Positions 63,363 through 64,000 of a stretch of DNA of 64,000 nt are shown in pieces. Location: the NCBI RefSeq assembly GCF_035594765.1, contig NC_085843.1, positions 43,973,955 to 44,037,954 on the forward strand. The letters are read 5' to 3'. The translations under genes were made by a program, and so were the position numbers. The DNA comes from Anolis carolinensis. Its lineage: Eukaryota. Position 1 is the stretch's first letter. Each line of letters opens with the position of its first letter. The notes below the pieces were generated by a model. It worked only from the letters and a program-made list of their open reading frames with translations. It searched no databases and was not told the DNA's origin.

Positions 63363-64000
63363 TTTAGGAGTATTTTAAGGTCTACCTATTCAGACTGTAC
63401 TTTGGGATGCAGGGCTAAATCAGGGGTTTTTTTTAGTGTCATGGAGGTGCAGGGACAATTTTAAGGGCCACTAAAGACTTTTATTGGGGTTTCTAGATAA
63501 TTTCCTGTTTTCAGAAAGACATTTCCTGGGCCTAAATTGCCTGGGGGGGGGGGGGGGGGGCTGGAGGAATCACCTCTCATGCACAATACAGGCCTGGGGT
63601 ACCTTTTTGACTTTCTCCCAAAAATGTTTATGTCACAAAAACAGCCATGTTGGACTCCGTGGAGGATGTATATTCCATATCTTTGCTGTCCATAATTGGA
63701 CCATATACTGTTTATGAAAGAATGTTTAATTTTTGTAGAACAAATGCTGGGTTTTTTTTATTTGGAACCAATGAAAAGCAGTTATCCAGAGGATGCAGAG
63801 TTGGCTGGGGTCCAGTAAGGTATAAGAGCTGATATCACTATTTATGTCAGATAAATGGGGTGTGTGTGTGTGTGTGCAATTTCCACTCCTTATTGCATCT
63901 TTTTCTTTGCACCCCAAAACCTTCAGAGCCAATTTTCAGACAAAGCTGAGAGCTGCAGCTTAAGAGGGTCATCTGTTATGCTGGTGTTGCCCTGCTAGTA

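Overview
Vertebrate genomic DNA. The repeat content (Sauria SINE, Penelope, CR1/L2, hAT/Tigger MITEs, Helitrons) points to a squamate, probably an Anolis-like lizard; the species is inferred. Five protein-coding genes are visible. (1) SENP7, minus strand: non-coding exon 1 near 38.8 kb and coding exons 2-17 reconstructed with consistent GT-AG phases; the gene continues off the left edge. (2) An intact FAM172B/ARB2B-like gene, plus strand, with a near-single-exon CDS. (3) TXNL4B, minus strand, 3 coding exons, 149 aa. (4) TRMT10C, plus strand, single coding exon, 432 aa. (5) The first exon of PCNP, plus strand. SENP7/FAM172B and TXNL4B/TRMT10C are head-to-head pairs on CpG-rich promoters. The most notable observation is a non-autonomous Helitron in TXNL4B intron 1. 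It carries a GC-rich, promoter-like fragment ending in a TESK-kinase-like exon end and a 5' splice site that is in frame with TXNL4B exon 2, and its cargo shows strongly strand-biased C>T/C>G mutation. Other highlights are a FAM172B lacking the putative Ser/His hydrolase residues, a hAT MITE carrying a 51-bp minisatellite, and two solo LTRs with short ORFs. All homology calls come from recall of known proteins and repeats, not from database searches.
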